Origin: a virus
DNA length: 64,000 nucleotides
Strand: one strand, 5' to 3'
IMG/VR virus record: IMGVR_UViG_3300032668_000017
Span: 2,824-66,823 of that record
Notes under the pieces: model-generated
The model's input: the letters and a program-made list of their open reading frames with translations, nothing else
What the model was told of the DNA's origin: nothing
Databases searched by the model: none
Translations under genes and position numbers: made by a program
Shown: piece by piece, positions 1-10,658 of the stretch
Position numbering within the stretch: position 1 is the stretch's first letter
Layout: every line of letters starts with the position of its first letter

Positions 1-3000
1 TCTAGCTTAACTGGAGAAATACCTAACATACCGCCAAGCATCTTAGCTGGCTCGCTGGTTGTATCGTAAGCACGTTGGCCGGGTTCTAAAGCTTGTAGGC
101 GCTTGCTTTCAATATCTTGGCCTGTGTACAACGAACGATTCATAGCTAGTTCAATAGGCGCCTTGATAGCTGTTGGCACACCCAGCGGATTAGTCTGTTG
201 TAGAACAGTCTTGATAGCATCTAAACCTTCTCTAGCGGCGTCATCTTGATACGCCATATTCACAAGGGCTTCGGGCATAGCTTTAAATATATAGCCCGCT
301 TCAAACGGAATAGGCAGTCTAAATGCTTCTTTCCCATCCTTGCCAAAGCCCGGCACAAACCAATTCAAATACTTCTGATCAGGCGTAGCGTTCTTATACG
401 CATCGTTATCTTGGTTAGCAATCGCATACAGAATCGACATACCGGCAATCATAGAGCCACGTTTAATCAATTTGTTTTGCAAGTCTAACCGCTTAGCGTA
501 TGGCATTTTGCCGGTAAACGCTTTATACATTACGTTGTAGCCTTGAATCGCTGAGTTAAAGAACGGCACCATTGTGTTAACCCAGTGCATCGAAGGAGAA
601 GCGCCACGAGTATTAAAGTTCATCGACTCCATTGTGGCAATCTGCGCTTCCATATCCGTCAAGCCCTGCTTGCGGAAACTATCATACAGAACTGAGCGAG
701 TAGAAGCATCAGCCTCAGACGCCATCTTATCCATAAACGCCATAGCACCAGATACGCTAGCTTTACCAGACTGTAGTCTTGTGACTATTTGGTTTAAATC
801 CTCAGCACGTCCTGTGTAAACTTCCCCACCCAAAATACCTGACTCTTGCAGATGCTTATTAGTTTCACCAGCACCACGCACAGCATTGTTAACTTCCTTA
901 AGCGATGACAGAATAGGTGTGAAATTAGCCCCTGTTGTCAGCCAAGCGGACATTGGGTCACGAACTAACTGCTTGTAAGCATAGAAAGGATTGCGTGTAA
1001 CGCCCTTACGGAGCCAGTTAGCTGGCACGCCCATCAACCGCACGATACCCGGAAGCTGAGTTGGGATACCTTCCATGCCTTTGACTAGCAAGTTAGGATC
1101 AATGTCGCTAAACTCTGCGTTCTTACTTGTATCAATAACAGCGTGGTAGTCTTTGCCGTTAGCTTTAAAACGGATCACATCAGGGCGGGCTTCGCCTTCG
1201 CCTTTACGAATCTCAGCAATACCTAAGTCTTGTAGGGTTCTAGCTACGCTGGAGGTTGCGTTGTTGCGCAAAGCCATTTCGGTAATCATATTGGTGTTTT
1301 GTACAGACGACTTAAAGAAGTCTTGAATCTTCTGATCACCGCCAACCAACTCATGCAAGTATGGCTGGTCTTTTAATGTACCAATACGAATAGGGGTTTC
1401 AGAACCAATTACCAAATCAACTACACCACCTCGTGAACGATAGTATGGAATATAGTTTTTATTCTTAAACTCGGCGGCCTTCTCTTTAGAGATGTAGCCT
1501 GATTCAGCTAAGCTATCCATCAAGCCGTTGTTATATTTTTGATAGGTTTCAAACGCCTTAACAAAAGCTGGGTCAGCATCGCCTGACTTCTTAGCAGCTT
1601 CTAGCATCTGTGGGGTAATATTAGCGCTAATCTCTCCATCAGCTAATAGCTTTTTGTAACCAACAACTTCCGCACGCTTAGCCGCAGCATAGGCGGTAAA
1701 CATTTCATTGAGCGCTTGTGGGTTGCCCTTTTCAGATTGCAGTAACTCCTGCAATACTTGCTTCATACCGGGACCACCTGACGAACGGATAGTTACTTCG
1801 CCTGTGATTGGGTCTTTAAAGAAAGTACGGGCGCCGTTGACTACAGTCTCGCTAGAAATATTAGTGCGCTGTCCGTGTGCCAGCAAGTTATACATCATCT
1901 GCGAAGCTGGGCCTGTCTCACCCATACGACGCCAAATTTCTTTAAGCGGGGCTAAGCGGTCAATAAACTGCGTATTAAATGCGGCTAAGTTACCTTTCAA
2001 AGACTCTTTAATACCCTTAGGCTGCGCAACAAGTTTGCCGGCCAACTGTGCAAGTGGGTCAGATTCATCAGAGAACTTAGCTTTACGATAGGCCGGCTCT
2101 AAACCAATCTCTCCAGTAGGAAGCTTACCGGCTTCAAATTCTTTCTTAGCACGTTTTATTAACGCGTAGATTTCAGCGTCATTTACGTCCATGTATTTAT
2201 CTAGACCGATACCACGTAACCAATTTCTAAGTGCGCCTACTAACTCTTTAATAAAACGAATAGAACGGTGGATCATTCGAGTATCGGCAGGCTTTTCAGT
2301 AACATGCGCAATCATTTCACGCAAAGAAACTATCATTTCATTCTCAGGAGTTAAATTAGGGTTGTCCCTACGTGCATCACGAATGGCTTTCATCACGTCG
2401 TCAAGCACTCCCATTTCCCTAGCCATGCGAATAATACCGCCATCGTTTTGGGCTTCAATCTTGCGACCTAAATCCACCAATCCTTTTTTACCGAGCAGGC
2501 GGTCTACAGCGTAGTGACCAATAGACTCGTGTGCTAAAGTACTTTGGAAATCTTGCAAGTCTACGTGTTTATCACCAACCGCAACAATAGTGCCGTCTTT
2601 TAATACAGCGCCCTTCATGTCAGCTAAGTTGTTTGCGCCAACTTCTGCTTTAACATAAGCAGGTAAATCTTCTGCTGTATCCGCGTATTCAAACTTCACG
2701 CCCTCGGGCAACTTTTCTCTAAAAGCATCAGCAATTAACTTAGTTCCTTTTACATCAGCAGTGCCTTGTTCATCTTTACCTTTTCTAAATACTAGATTGC
2801 CGTTGTCATCTCTACCAACACGAGGTCCATACTCAGGCTCGTAGTCACGCTCAGACTTAAGGGCTTCTTCAAAATCTTTAGTTACATTTGCTCTACCACT
2901 CTTAAGCGGTTTTAATCTTTCTTTACGTGCAGGTGCATTACCCGCTACCGCTAGCGCACGTTCACCTTTAGCTAATTTCTGTTGCTCAGCTAAATTTTCT

Positions 3001-6000
3001 TTTTCATTCTCAAGCTCTTTAGTAAGCGTATCAACAATACCTTCAAACTTTTTACGTGCTTCTGTCTTAGGGCTAGCAATACGGCGCTTTTTGTCGTTAG
3101 CTTCGATACGCTCTTCAAGGGCTTTAATATACGCTTTAGAATCAGCAATCACATCTTTGCGGTTAGGCTTGTCTAGACCCAACTGTTTGCGGATAGCCTG
3201 CATTTCTCTAGCGCCTTCAGCGCTTTCTTCACGTAACTTAGCACGCTTTTCTTCGGCAGTAAGTGGCGCAGTCTTTTTAACTACACGTTTTTGTAAAATC
3301 TCATCTTTAGTGCCGGGCAATACTACGTTAGTACCAACAACTTCTTGACGAATAGTGGGCTCAGCGGCTTTCTTTTCCAGCATAGCTTGTTCAGCTATAC
3401 GTTTTTCCGTAACACGTTTTTGCAGTTCGGCTTGATTGGCGGCTTCTATTCTGTCAATTTCTCTACTAACTGGAGCGGCCTGTTCTTCAGTAATTTTATT
3501 TTCGGCAAGCGCATCTTTTAACACCTTGCGAGTCATTTGAACAGAACGCTTATTGTTTTCGCCTTCAATAGTAAAGTACTCAACATCACGAGCACGAATA
3601 TCTTCTAAGTATTTTTCGGCTTGCGCTATAGTTTTTTCAAGTTCTTTTACGTATTTTTTGTAGCCTTCTTTAAACTTGCCTTTTTCACCAGCGGCTATTT
3701 CTTCATACTGTTTAATTTTTTCTTTAGTTTGCGCAATATCAAACAAAAGCTTGTACTCTAGTTGTGTACTAAATAAGTTACGTAACTTAGCGCTGCGGTC
3801 CATAGCAGCTTCTTTGTTTTTGGCAAAAGATTCTTCCAAACGAGTTGTTAAACGCTCAATTAACGGAGCTTTCTTTGCCTGTTCTGCTTCCATTCGTGCA
3901 CGATCTTGTGCCGCGGTTGTGCCTTTATCTTTTATTTTTTCTAAAGCAGCTTGCGCCATCTTTATGCTGTGCTGCAACTTATTTCTTTGGATGCCAACAA
4001 ACTTCATAAAGTTAGCTGGGGTAGCGCGCACTGTAGCAATAGGCTCTAACTCTTTAGCACCAAACAAACTGTATTGATCAGGGTTTACACCAGATGGAGC
4101 ATAGCGCTCTTCATCAATTGCTTCTTGTCTAGCCTTTTCTTCTTCCGCTAGTTTTTCTTGCTCTTGAAGTTTTCTTACTTCATTACGTAGTGCTTTAACT
4201 TTTTCAAGATTGGGGTTTTTCTTTTCCAGCTCTGACTTTAACATCTGAGCAGGATCACGTTCCATAGAACTAAAAAACTGCTTTTCACCTTTGACTAAAG
4301 GCTCTCCCTCAGCATATTTTTGTTTAATGCCGGCAAGTTGTTTTTCAATTTGGCTAACGCCTTCTGCAAGAGCGCCTTCTTTTCTAGATTTAGTGTACTG
4401 TGCGCTAAGTTTTTTAAGAGCTGCCGCCTCTTCTCCAGATGTTGCGCCTTTTAATTTAAGGCGTTGCTGCATGTAATCGGGACGTAGTAGTACGGATAAG
4501 TTTTGACTGCTAATAACTTTATCAAGTGAATCTTTTAAATCGTAGGCAAGTTTTAAAGACTCATCTACACTTAATGGTTTTTGTTTTAACGCGGCACGAC
4601 GAGCGTTAATATCACGAATTGCTGCTTCAATATACTGCGCAACATGCCCTTTTGCCTTATCAATCAATCCCGATTTCATAGACTCGGCGGTAGAAGTATC
4701 TACTGCGCCTTCACCCAAATACCGGCCTGTTTTTACGTCTTCAACTGCATCACGCAAGTTATCAATAGCTTCTTGTTGGTCAAGTAATGCTTTATTTCTA
4801 GCATCTTCCGGACGCAGATTTAACTGTTCTTGTAAGTCGTCAAGGCGGTCATGGAGGGCCGCTTCGGACTTTTCGTCGCCGTTGGCTTTTGCTTCTTCAA
4901 TGGCACGTTGAAGTCTTGCAACTCTTAAGTTAGTGGTAGGTTCTTCTTTACCTTGTGCGTTTACTGTGTCAACTAGTCTACCAACTAAATGCTCATCAGT
5001 GTTACCAAAAGTTTTTTCCAACTCAGCCTGTTTAGCTGCGTATGCTTTTTCTTCAGCCGTAGGTTCAAATGCTAGACCTTGCTGTACTGGTGCAGGTGGC
5101 TCCTCTAGTTTTTCACGCTCTGATTTGGCTTTTTCTAGCTTATCTAAAGCCGCTTCAAACTTATCTCTATCAAAAGTTTCGCCACTATATTTTTGTAAAT
5201 CAGCATTATGCTTCTTGATTTGTTTATCAAGCGCATCCATTTTTTCTTTAACTGTTGGCTCAGGTTTTGGCAAAGCCTCAAGTTGTAAATCTGTGGCTTC
5301 TAGTGATTTACGTAGTGTTTCTAAATTGCCTGCCAACGCCCTAGCTGTAGATGTGTCGCCAGTTTGTATAGCCTCTTGAAGTTTAGTTTGTACATCCTCA
5401 ATTTGGCGCTCGACGTTTGGCTTAAATGTGTTTTCAAGCATAAAGCGATGACGTAGCATCTCTTCTCTATCTGCTTGCGCTTTATCTTCCGCAGCTTGTC
5501 TTTCACGAACAGATAATGTACTAGGCGCATTAGGTAGCGGCTTAGCATTTACTGTCTCACCTAACTGCAGTTCGTTTGCTTGACGCAGTCTTTCTTGTTC
5601 GGCTTGCGCAGCTTGCTGTTGCTTTTCTTGTTCTGCTTGAGCAGCTTGTGCACGTTGTGTTTTTAGCGCAGCGAGGCGCCCTTCAATAGTTTGCGGTACT
5701 TCGCCTTCTTCAAGCGGTGGGGGCGTTACTCCCGGACGTTTATTGATTTCATCTAGTTGTTTTTGTAACGCATTAAGCTGCTCTCTACCGGCGTCTCTTT
5801 CTTCTTTAGGTAGCCCTTTGCCTTTAAGAACATCTCGCAAATCTTTCATTTGCTGAAGTATGGGTTCACGTTCTGCCTGTAGTTGCGCTTGACCTTCTGG
5901 GCTAGCGTAGTGCTCGGCCATTACACCGGCTTGTTGTTCTTGTGCTATTTGCTGTCTTTGAGTCTCACCTGTTTTAGCGACATTATCAATTAAAGCTTTA

Positions 6001-6935
6001 GCACGAGCCGGCTGACCAGCGTGCAATAATCCAAAGAACGGAGCAACCAAGCCCATCTGCTTAGCGCCTTCAACATACTGCTTTAATGCTTCTTCGCTAA
6101 ATACATCTTGACCTGCTGAGTATCTTTCGCCGGCTGTGCCGACTGTGGACATCAATGTACCTGCACCAGCAGCTTCGGCTGTGCCTTTTAATACGCTTGA
6201 TAGTCTACCCGAGATTTGGGCTGCGGCGTCTTTAGCCGCAAGTTCTCCACTTAATACTTTAGGTGCTAATAGTTGTGCTTCTTGAGTTGCTGTCTTTAAA
6301 GCAAAGCCTTTCATAGCTCCGCCAACAATCTCACCACCTAAAGAATCAATTGCTGTTTGCGCTAATGCAGGAACCAGCGCTCTGCCATAATCGGGTTGTT
6401 GCCCAGCTTCTTTCTGAGCGGTAATGTCTTCACCAAAATGGATTGGGAAGTTAGCGGCAGCAAAGCCCGCTGTTCCGGCTAAAGCAGTTTCGGGAGCGAG
6501 AAAAGAAGCAGCAGCACCAGCTGCAGCAGGAGCGCCGTACCTACCAGCAAAGCTACCAACAGCTTGTCCGACAGGTTCAGTAATGTATTTGCTAAGTCCT
6601 GTACCCAAGAGTGACGTAATACCTTGGCGTCTAGCCACGTCCATATCTTGTGAAGTAGTTGGTTCATATGCTTGCGCACCTTCTTGTTTGATTTGTTTGC
6701 CGTAGCCGGCTACATCTTCACTACCTACTAAATTACCAAGACCTTCAAGCGCAGAACCAGCGCCTTCTCTAAAACCGGACTTAACTGCTGGAAGTAAACC
6801 TGTTTTCTTTTTATGCTCGGCGTAATCCTCAAACCCTTCAGGGAACTGTTCTTTAGCTAGCTTGAACGCTTGCTCATCAGAAAGTCCACTTGGAACTTCT
6901 ACATACGACCCATTGGGTAGCGGTAAAAACGGCAT
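1..6935 (-). CDS. Giant polyvalent/ejection protein (>2310 aa, C-terminus beyond window) with zincin-like metallopeptidase motif and LPD38-like C-terminal domain
   Basis: ATG at 6935 (MPFLPLPNGSYVEVP). The frame is absent from the ORF track, consistent with no stop before base 1. In-frame TLAHESIGHY at ~2511-2540 and MHWVNTMVPFFNSAIQG at ~540-590. Long Ala/Glu/Lys-rich coiled-coil middle. Confidence 0.85.
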   Translation of the reverse strand, partial: MPFLPLPNGSYVEVPSGLSDEQAFKLAKEQFPEGFEDYAEHKKKTGLLPAVKSGFREGAGSALEGLGNLVGSEDVAGYGKQIKQEGAQAYEPTTSQDMDVARRQGITSLLGTGLSKYITEPVGQAVGSFAGRYGAPAAAGAAASFLAPETALAGTAGFAAANFPIHFGEDITAQKEAGQQPDYGRALVPALAQTAIDSLGGEIVGGAMKGFALKTATQEAQLLAPKVLSGELAAKDAAAQISGRLSSVLKGTAEAAGAGTLMSTVGTAGERYSAGQDVFSEEALKQYVEGAKQMGLVAPFFGLLHAGQPARAKALIDNVAKTGETQRQQIAQEQQAGVMAEHYASPEGQAQLQAEREPILQQMKDLRDVLKGKGLPKEERDAGREQLNALQKQLDEINKRPGVTPPPLEEGEVPQTIEGRLAALKTQRAQAAQAEQEKQQQAAQAEQERLRQANELQLGETVNAKPLPNAPSTLSVRERQAAEDKAQADREEMLRHRFMLENTFKPNVERQIEDVQTKLQEAIQTGDTSTARALAGNLETLRKSLEATDLQLEALPKPEPTVKEKMDALDKQIKKHNADLQKYSGETFDRDKFEAALDKLEKAKSEREKLEEPPAPVQQGLAFEPTAEEKAYAAKQAELEKTFGNTDEHLVGRLVDTVNAQGKEEPTTNLRVARLQRAIEEAKANGDEKSEAALHDRLDDLQEQLNLRPEDARNKALLDQQEAIDNLRDAVEDVKTGRYLGEGAVDTSTAESMKSGLIDKAKGHVAQYIEAAIRDINARRAALKQKPLSVDESLKLAYDLKDSLDKVISSQNLSVLLRPDYMQQRLKLKGATSGEEAAALKKLSAQYTKSRKEGALAEGVSQIEKQLAGIKQKYAEGEPLVKGEKQFFSSMERDPAQMLKSELEKKNPNLEKVKALRNEVRKLQEQEKLAEEEKARQEAIDEERYAPSGVNPDQYSLFGAKELEPIATVRATPANFMKFVGIQRNKLQHSIKMAQAALEKIKDKGTTAAQDRARMEAEQAKKAPLIERLTTRLEESFAKNKEAAMDRSAKLRNLFSTQLEYKLLFDIAQTKEKIKQYEEIAAGEKGKFKEGYKKYVKELEKTIAQAEKYLEDIRARDVEYFTIEGENNKRSVQMTRKVLKDALAENKITEEQAAPVSREIDRIEAANQAELQKRVTEKRIAEQAMLEKKAAEPTIRQEVVGTNVVLPGTKDEILQKRVVKKTAPLTAEEKRAKLREESAEGAREMQAIRKQLGLDKPNRKDVIADSKAYIKALEERIEANDKKRRIASPKTEARKKFEGIVDTLTKELENEKENLAEQQKLAKGERALAVAGNAPARKERLKPLKSGRANVTKDFEEALKSERDYEPEYGPRVGRDDNGNLVFRKGKDEQGTADVKGTKLIADAFREKLPEGVKFEYADTAEDLPAYVKAEVGANNLADMKGAVLKDGTIVAVGDKHVDLQDFQSTLAHESIGHYAVDRLLGKKGLVDLGRKIEAQNDGGIIRMAREMGVLDDVMKAIRDARRDNPNLTPENEMIVSLREMIAHVTEKPADTRMIHRSIRFIKELVGALRNWLRGIGLDKYMDVNDAEIYALIKRAKKEFEAGKLPTGEIGLEPAYRKAKFSDESDPLAQLAGKLVAQPKGIKESLKGNLAAFNTQFIDRLAPLKEIWRRMGETGPASQMMYNLLAHGQRTNISSETVVNGARTFFKDPITGEVTIRSSGGPGMKQVLQELLQSEKGNPQALNEMFTAYAAAKRAEVVGYKKLLADGEISANITPQMLEAAKKSGDADPAFVKAFETYQKYNNGLMDSLAESGYISKEKAAEFKNKNYIPYYRSRGGVVDLVIGSETPIRIGTLKDQPYLHELVGGDQKIQDFFKSSVQNTNMITEMALRNNATSSVARTLQDLGIAEIRKGEGEARPDVIRFKANGKDYHAVIDTSKNAEFSDIDPNLLVKGMEGIPTQLPGIVRLMGVPANWLRKGVTRNPFYAYKQLVRDPMSAWLTTGANFTPILSSLKEVNNAVRGAGETNKHLQESGILGGEVYTGRAEDLNQIVTRLQSGKASVSGAMAFMDKMASEADASTRSVLYDSFRKQGLTDMEAQIATMESMNFNTRGASPSMHWVNTMVPFFNSAIQGYNVMYKAFTGKMPYAKRLDLQNKLIKRGSMIAGMSILYAIANQDNDAYKNATPDQKYLNWFVPGFGKDGKEAFRLPIPFEAGYIFKAMPEALVNMAYQDDAAREGLDAIKTVLQQTNPLGVPTAIKAPIELAMNRSLYTGQDIESKRLQALEPGQRAYDTTSEPAKMLGGMLGISPVKL

Positions 6936-6964
6936 AAATTTTTCCTAGCAGTTTGCAGGTATTA

Positions 6965-8896
6965 CTATTGTTTAACTGACCCTATTACGTTTCCGGGGGT
7001 GTTTTGTAATTGTACAGAAGATGATACAGGACTTCCACCCTGATCTTGATACCATTTATACAAAGCTGGGTTTTGTTTTAAAAGTTCGTCGAAGCGGTTT
7101 TTTCTATATTGGTTTTTTTGCAACTGAGTTGCGTATTTATCCGTGCTGTCGTTAAGTTCTTTTTCAATCTGTCCGTTAATGCCTTGCAGCTGCGACGAAA
7201 ATTTAACGTCTTGTCCTTGCTGACCCAACATATTGTAGTGTTGTTGTAGTACTTTATTTCTATCCATAGCAGCTTGAGCAGATAACGCAGCCATTTGACC
7301 GGACTGGTCTTGTTTTTGAGCTTGTTCATAAGACTGTAATCCTTGTAAACCGCCAGCCCCAATATTAGATAAACCATATGGAGAACGCTGACCAGCAATG
7401 CCTAAACCAGCCGCCATCATAGCTAAGCCGGGGGCTTGCTTACGAGACTGTTCTAAACCAGCCAAATACTTAGTAATCATGTCTTGGCTAGCGTCTGGTT
7501 GAGTTGGGAATGAAGATGTTAGTTCATCTCTAGTTGGGCCGGTAGGACTTTGGTCTTGTTGTGCTTGAGTGTATGATGCAGGTGCTTGCCCAGCTGGAGC
7601 TGGTTTTGCCGGGGTTGCTGGCGCCGATTGTTGCGCCAAAGCTAAAGCCTGAGGGTTTTGTTTTAGAATCTGATTTCCAACAGCTACATCGCCCATAAAC
7701 GGATCACTGTAGTCATCAAAATACGAATTACCGGCCATAGTGTTCATGGTAGCTTTACCTAATGTTTTACCGCCCTCATAAACAGCTCCGGGCACTAGAT
7801 AGCTACCAATCAACTTATTAATTCCACTAACGGCTGGGGCACTTGGTATTGCCGATGTTGCTGCGGGTGCTGTTGCCGCGCTGCGAGCTGCTTGTTTTCT
7901 TAGATAGTCTGCGGCTTCTTTACTTAATGGTTTTTTACTTGCGGCTGCTGTATCGTCCATAGTAGCTGCTTCGGGACCAAACTCGCTTAACAAATCATTT
8001 AACCCGCCTCCAGTAAAACCAACGGCGCCACCTTGTGCAAGGCTAGCAACATACATACGAGTTTCTTTAGGCAACGCTTTTTCGTCAGCTCCTTTATGAA
8101 GCCACTTATCTACGTTACCCGTACCCCAGTTGTAAGCCATAGCAGCTAATTTAGGGTCTTGATATTTATTATGTAGTGCTCCAACCAACTCTCTTCCGAC
8201 GCGGTTGTATTCTTCTGGGCTTACATCTTTAGCGGGTTTAATACCAAAGCCCGGATTCTTAGCTGTAGAATCTAGCACCTGCATAGCGAACTTAGCGCCT
8301 TTGTTTGAAGTGAGCGGTCTACCTTTTTCATCGTAGTCACGACCGCCACTTTCCTTACGCATAATGTAGTCAAGCAAAGAAGCCTGTCCAGCTTTAGGTG
8401 TACCCACGCCTTTATCTTGCATACCAATCGAACTATATTGAGCTGCTGCTGGGTTAGCAACGGACATAATGCCAGCGCCCAAACCGCCTAAGTCGCCTTG
8501 ACGGGCAATCAATGAATTAAACTCATCTTCTTCGCTACTATCATCATCTTCATCAGGATCAGTAAAGCCACCCATACCAAACGCAACAATACCGCCAGCA
8601 GCCATACCGGGTTCACCCATAGACTGCATATTCTCAGCAGGTAGTTGGTCTAGTCCAGCTTGAGGCTGTGGTAAATCTTTAGCCAACATTGTGTCACGCA
8701 CTGTAGGTTGTTTAGCGCCCATCTGTGCTTGTTGACCCATCTTAGCTTGCTCTAGTTTGTCTCGCTGTTGTTTAGCAGACATGGCTACAGCCATAGGAAG
8801 AGAGTTATCGTGGCCTTGTAAAACAGCCAATAAGCGTGAATCAGGGAAGATGCGCGGATCAAGCGCCATCTTATACATTTGTTCCATGCCGAGCAT
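6965..8896 (-). CDS. Virion ejection/internal protein with soluble lytic transglycosylase domain
   Basis: SLT motifs RKESGG, AMQV and AAMAYNWG, flanked by Ala/Gln-rich low-complexity regions. Confidence 0.8.
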   Translation of the reverse strand: MLGMEQMYKMALDPRIFPDSRLLAVLQGHDNSLPMAVAMSAKQQRDKLEQAKMGQQAQMGAKQPTVRDTMLAKDLPQPQAGLDQLPAENMQSMGEPGMAAGGIVAFGMGGFTDPDEDDDSSEEDEFNSLIARQGDLGGLGAGIMSVANPAAAQYSSIGMQDKGVGTPKAGQASLLDYIMRKESGGRDYDEKGRPLTSNKGAKFAMQVLDSTAKNPGFGIKPAKDVSPEEYNRVGRELVGALHNKYQDPKLAAMAYNWGTGNVDKWLHKGADEKALPKETRMYVASLAQGGAVGFTGGGLNDLLSEFGPEAATMDDTAAASKKPLSKEAADYLRKQAARSAATAPAATSAIPSAPAVSGINKLIGSYLVPGAVYEGGKTLGKATMNTMAGNSYFDDYSDPFMGDVAVGNQILKQNPQALALAQQSAPATPAKPAPAGQAPASYTQAQQDQSPTGPTRDELTSSFPTQPDASQDMITKYLAGLEQSRKQAPGLAMMAAGLGIAGQRSPYGLSNIGAGGLQGLQSYEQAQKQDQSGQMAALSAQAAMDRNKVLQQHYNMLGQQGQDVKFSSQLQGINGQIEKELNDSTDKYATQLQKNQYRKNRFDELLKQNPALYKWYQDQGGSPVSSSVQLQNTPGNVIGSVKQ

Positions 8897-10248
8897 TATG
8901 CAGCCCTCCCAACCATATCGTAGTTAACAGCCTTAAAGCCGTTGTCCATAGTAAACACTGCTTCAGGCATAACCTTCTCAACTTCTTGCGCCATGTAACC
9001 AATAAACTTACCATGACCGCAAAGTGGGTGGTCTTTAAACTCAGGTTTGTATTCAAACTCATAAACACGCAAGCCATTAGGCGCGGTCCATAAGCCAATA
9101 ATATTTTCTTTCAAACCTGCATCAGAACCGCTAGAACCACTTGAACCGCCGAACGCTTGATAAGCGCCAAGACCTGCAAGACCTAAACCTGTAACTTGAC
9201 TTAGTGCACTTGGAGGAGCTTGATAGCTTTGGGTTGTTGTAGATTGTGTTGGCAAACCACGTAACATAGCGTTCATGAAAGACAGTTGTTGCTCTGGATA
9301 CTGTTGTGCAGTAGCGTAGTTTTGAACTGCCTGATTGATAATGTTTTGTTGCTGTTGTTGCTGCGCCGTACCAGCTTGCATTTGAGCTGAAGCAATACCT
9401 TGTTGAGCAGCTAACTGTTGACCGCCTAAAGAACCAAGTTGTCCTGCAGCACCAATACCTGTACCTAAAGCGGCGTTGGCAGCTTGTTGCCCTGCAAGAC
9501 CTTGTTGTGATCCAAACTGCATTGCCTGTTGTGCTTGTTGGTACGCTTGGTTATATCCTTGACCAATTGCTTGTTGCGCCGCTAAGTTACCTTGTTGCTG
9601 TTGCAGTGAATTCATTAACGCTTCACGAGAACCACCAAAAGCACCGGCAGATGTAGCAGCGCCTTGTTCAGCCGCAGTATTAATACCAGTCTGCTGCCCC
9701 AGTAATTGAAGTTGTGGTGCAAGAGACTGTTGGACGTATGGGTTCATAAAAGCACCAACCGCATTTGGGTTAGTCGCCATCATGTTATATTGATTACCAG
9801 CTTGCGCTTCTTGACCTGCTAAACCATAAGCACCTAAACCACCAGCACCAGTCATTTGCGATGCTTGTCCGTATTGACTTGGTACTTGTAAATTAGCTGT
9901 TGTGTTAAAAGCCTGTTCTTGCATTGGGCTAAAACCAGCTACATAATCAGACGGGTTTTGGCTGTATGGTACGTATGGTTTAACACCAGTGATTTGAGTA
10001 CTACCATCAGCGTTTTGTTGCGTATTAAATAGCTGTTGCTGAGTAGCGCCAAGCATTGTCTGCGCATAGGGCTGCAGATAATCGGGAATGTTTGTATTTT
10101 GAACAGTAGTATTTGTAGGTGAAGCCGGAGGAGGAGGGGGAGGAGAACCACCACCACCTTCAAGGGTCATGCCACCACCACTAAAACCACGGCCTAAGCG
10201 TGGTTTAAAAGCCTCTAAAGGCAACATTGTATCTAAGCCATATCTCAT
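8896..10248 (-). CDS. DNA ejection/pilot-like protein with C-terminal intramolecular chaperone (peptidase S74-like) domain
   Basis: Gln/Ala/Gly-rich body; C-terminal SDAGLKENI...YEFEYK...GYMAQEVEKVMPEAV...VNYD. Confidence 0.75.
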   Translation of the reverse strand: MRYGLDTMLPLEAFKPRLGRGFSGGGMTLEGGGGSPPPPPPASPTNTTVQNTNIPDYLQPYAQTMLGATQQQLFNTQQNADGSTQITGVKPYVPYSQNPSDYVAGFSPMQEQAFNTTANLQVPSQYGQASQMTGAGGLGAYGLAGQEAQAGNQYNMMATNPNAVGAFMNPYVQQSLAPQLQLLGQQTGINTAAEQGAATSAGAFGGSREALMNSLQQQQGNLAAQQAIGQGYNQAYQQAQQAMQFGSQQGLAGQQAANAALGTGIGAAGQLGSLGGQQLAAQQGIASAQMQAGTAQQQQQQNIINQAVQNYATAQQYPEQQLSFMNAMLRGLPTQSTTTQSYQAPPSALSQVTGLGLAGLGAYQAFGGSSGSSGSDAGLKENIIGLWTAPNGLRVYEFEYKPEFKDHPLCGHGKFIGYMAQEVEKVMPEAVFTMDNGFKAVNYDMVGRAA

Positions 10249-10658
10249 ATTTTTGTCTCTACAATTCTGTACCGCTCTTCAAACCCATAGCGGCTCCACA
10301 AACGGGCAATTGATTCTCTTGCTGCACCCTGTATTTTAGTGGCTCCGCTAGCCTTTAGTAAATCTTTAAGTTGCCCAAACGTATCTTTATTCGATATCAA
10401 CTTGCCGCCTATAAAAGTAATAAAAGCTATGCGGTCATTTGGGTAATTTAAAAATGTTACTGTCGCTGCTCCGTGTACCGCTCCTTGCTCATCTACTGCT
10501 ACTAATAAGTTCCAACCGCCTTGACTTAAATAGACCTGTACTTGCTCTAACGTATAGTCTTCACCACCCCAAGAAACCGCAGACTCAATATAGTTCTCAA
10601 CCAAAGGCCAAGCCTGAGCCACATAGTTTGTTGGAACAGCTTTTACTAGCAACGTCAT
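10245..10658 (-). CDS. Putative acyl/acetyltransferase-like (GNAT-fold) protein in the ejection-protein module
   Basis: 137 aa, located between ejection genes; alpha/beta pattern ending RLWSRYGF. Confidence 0.5.
   Translation of the reverse strand: MTLLVKAVPTNYVAQAWPLVENYIESAVSWGGEDYTLEQVQVYLSQGGWNLLVAVDEQGAVHGAATVTFLNYPNDRIAFITFIGGKLISNKDTFGQLKDLLKASGATKIQGAARESIARLWSRYGFEERYRIVETKI

Noticed and set aside
246-6705. Many plus-strand ORFs in the ORF track over 1-6.9 kb
   Set aside because: They are antisense shadows of the giant minus-strand gene, with no RBS and Ser/Leu-rich composition
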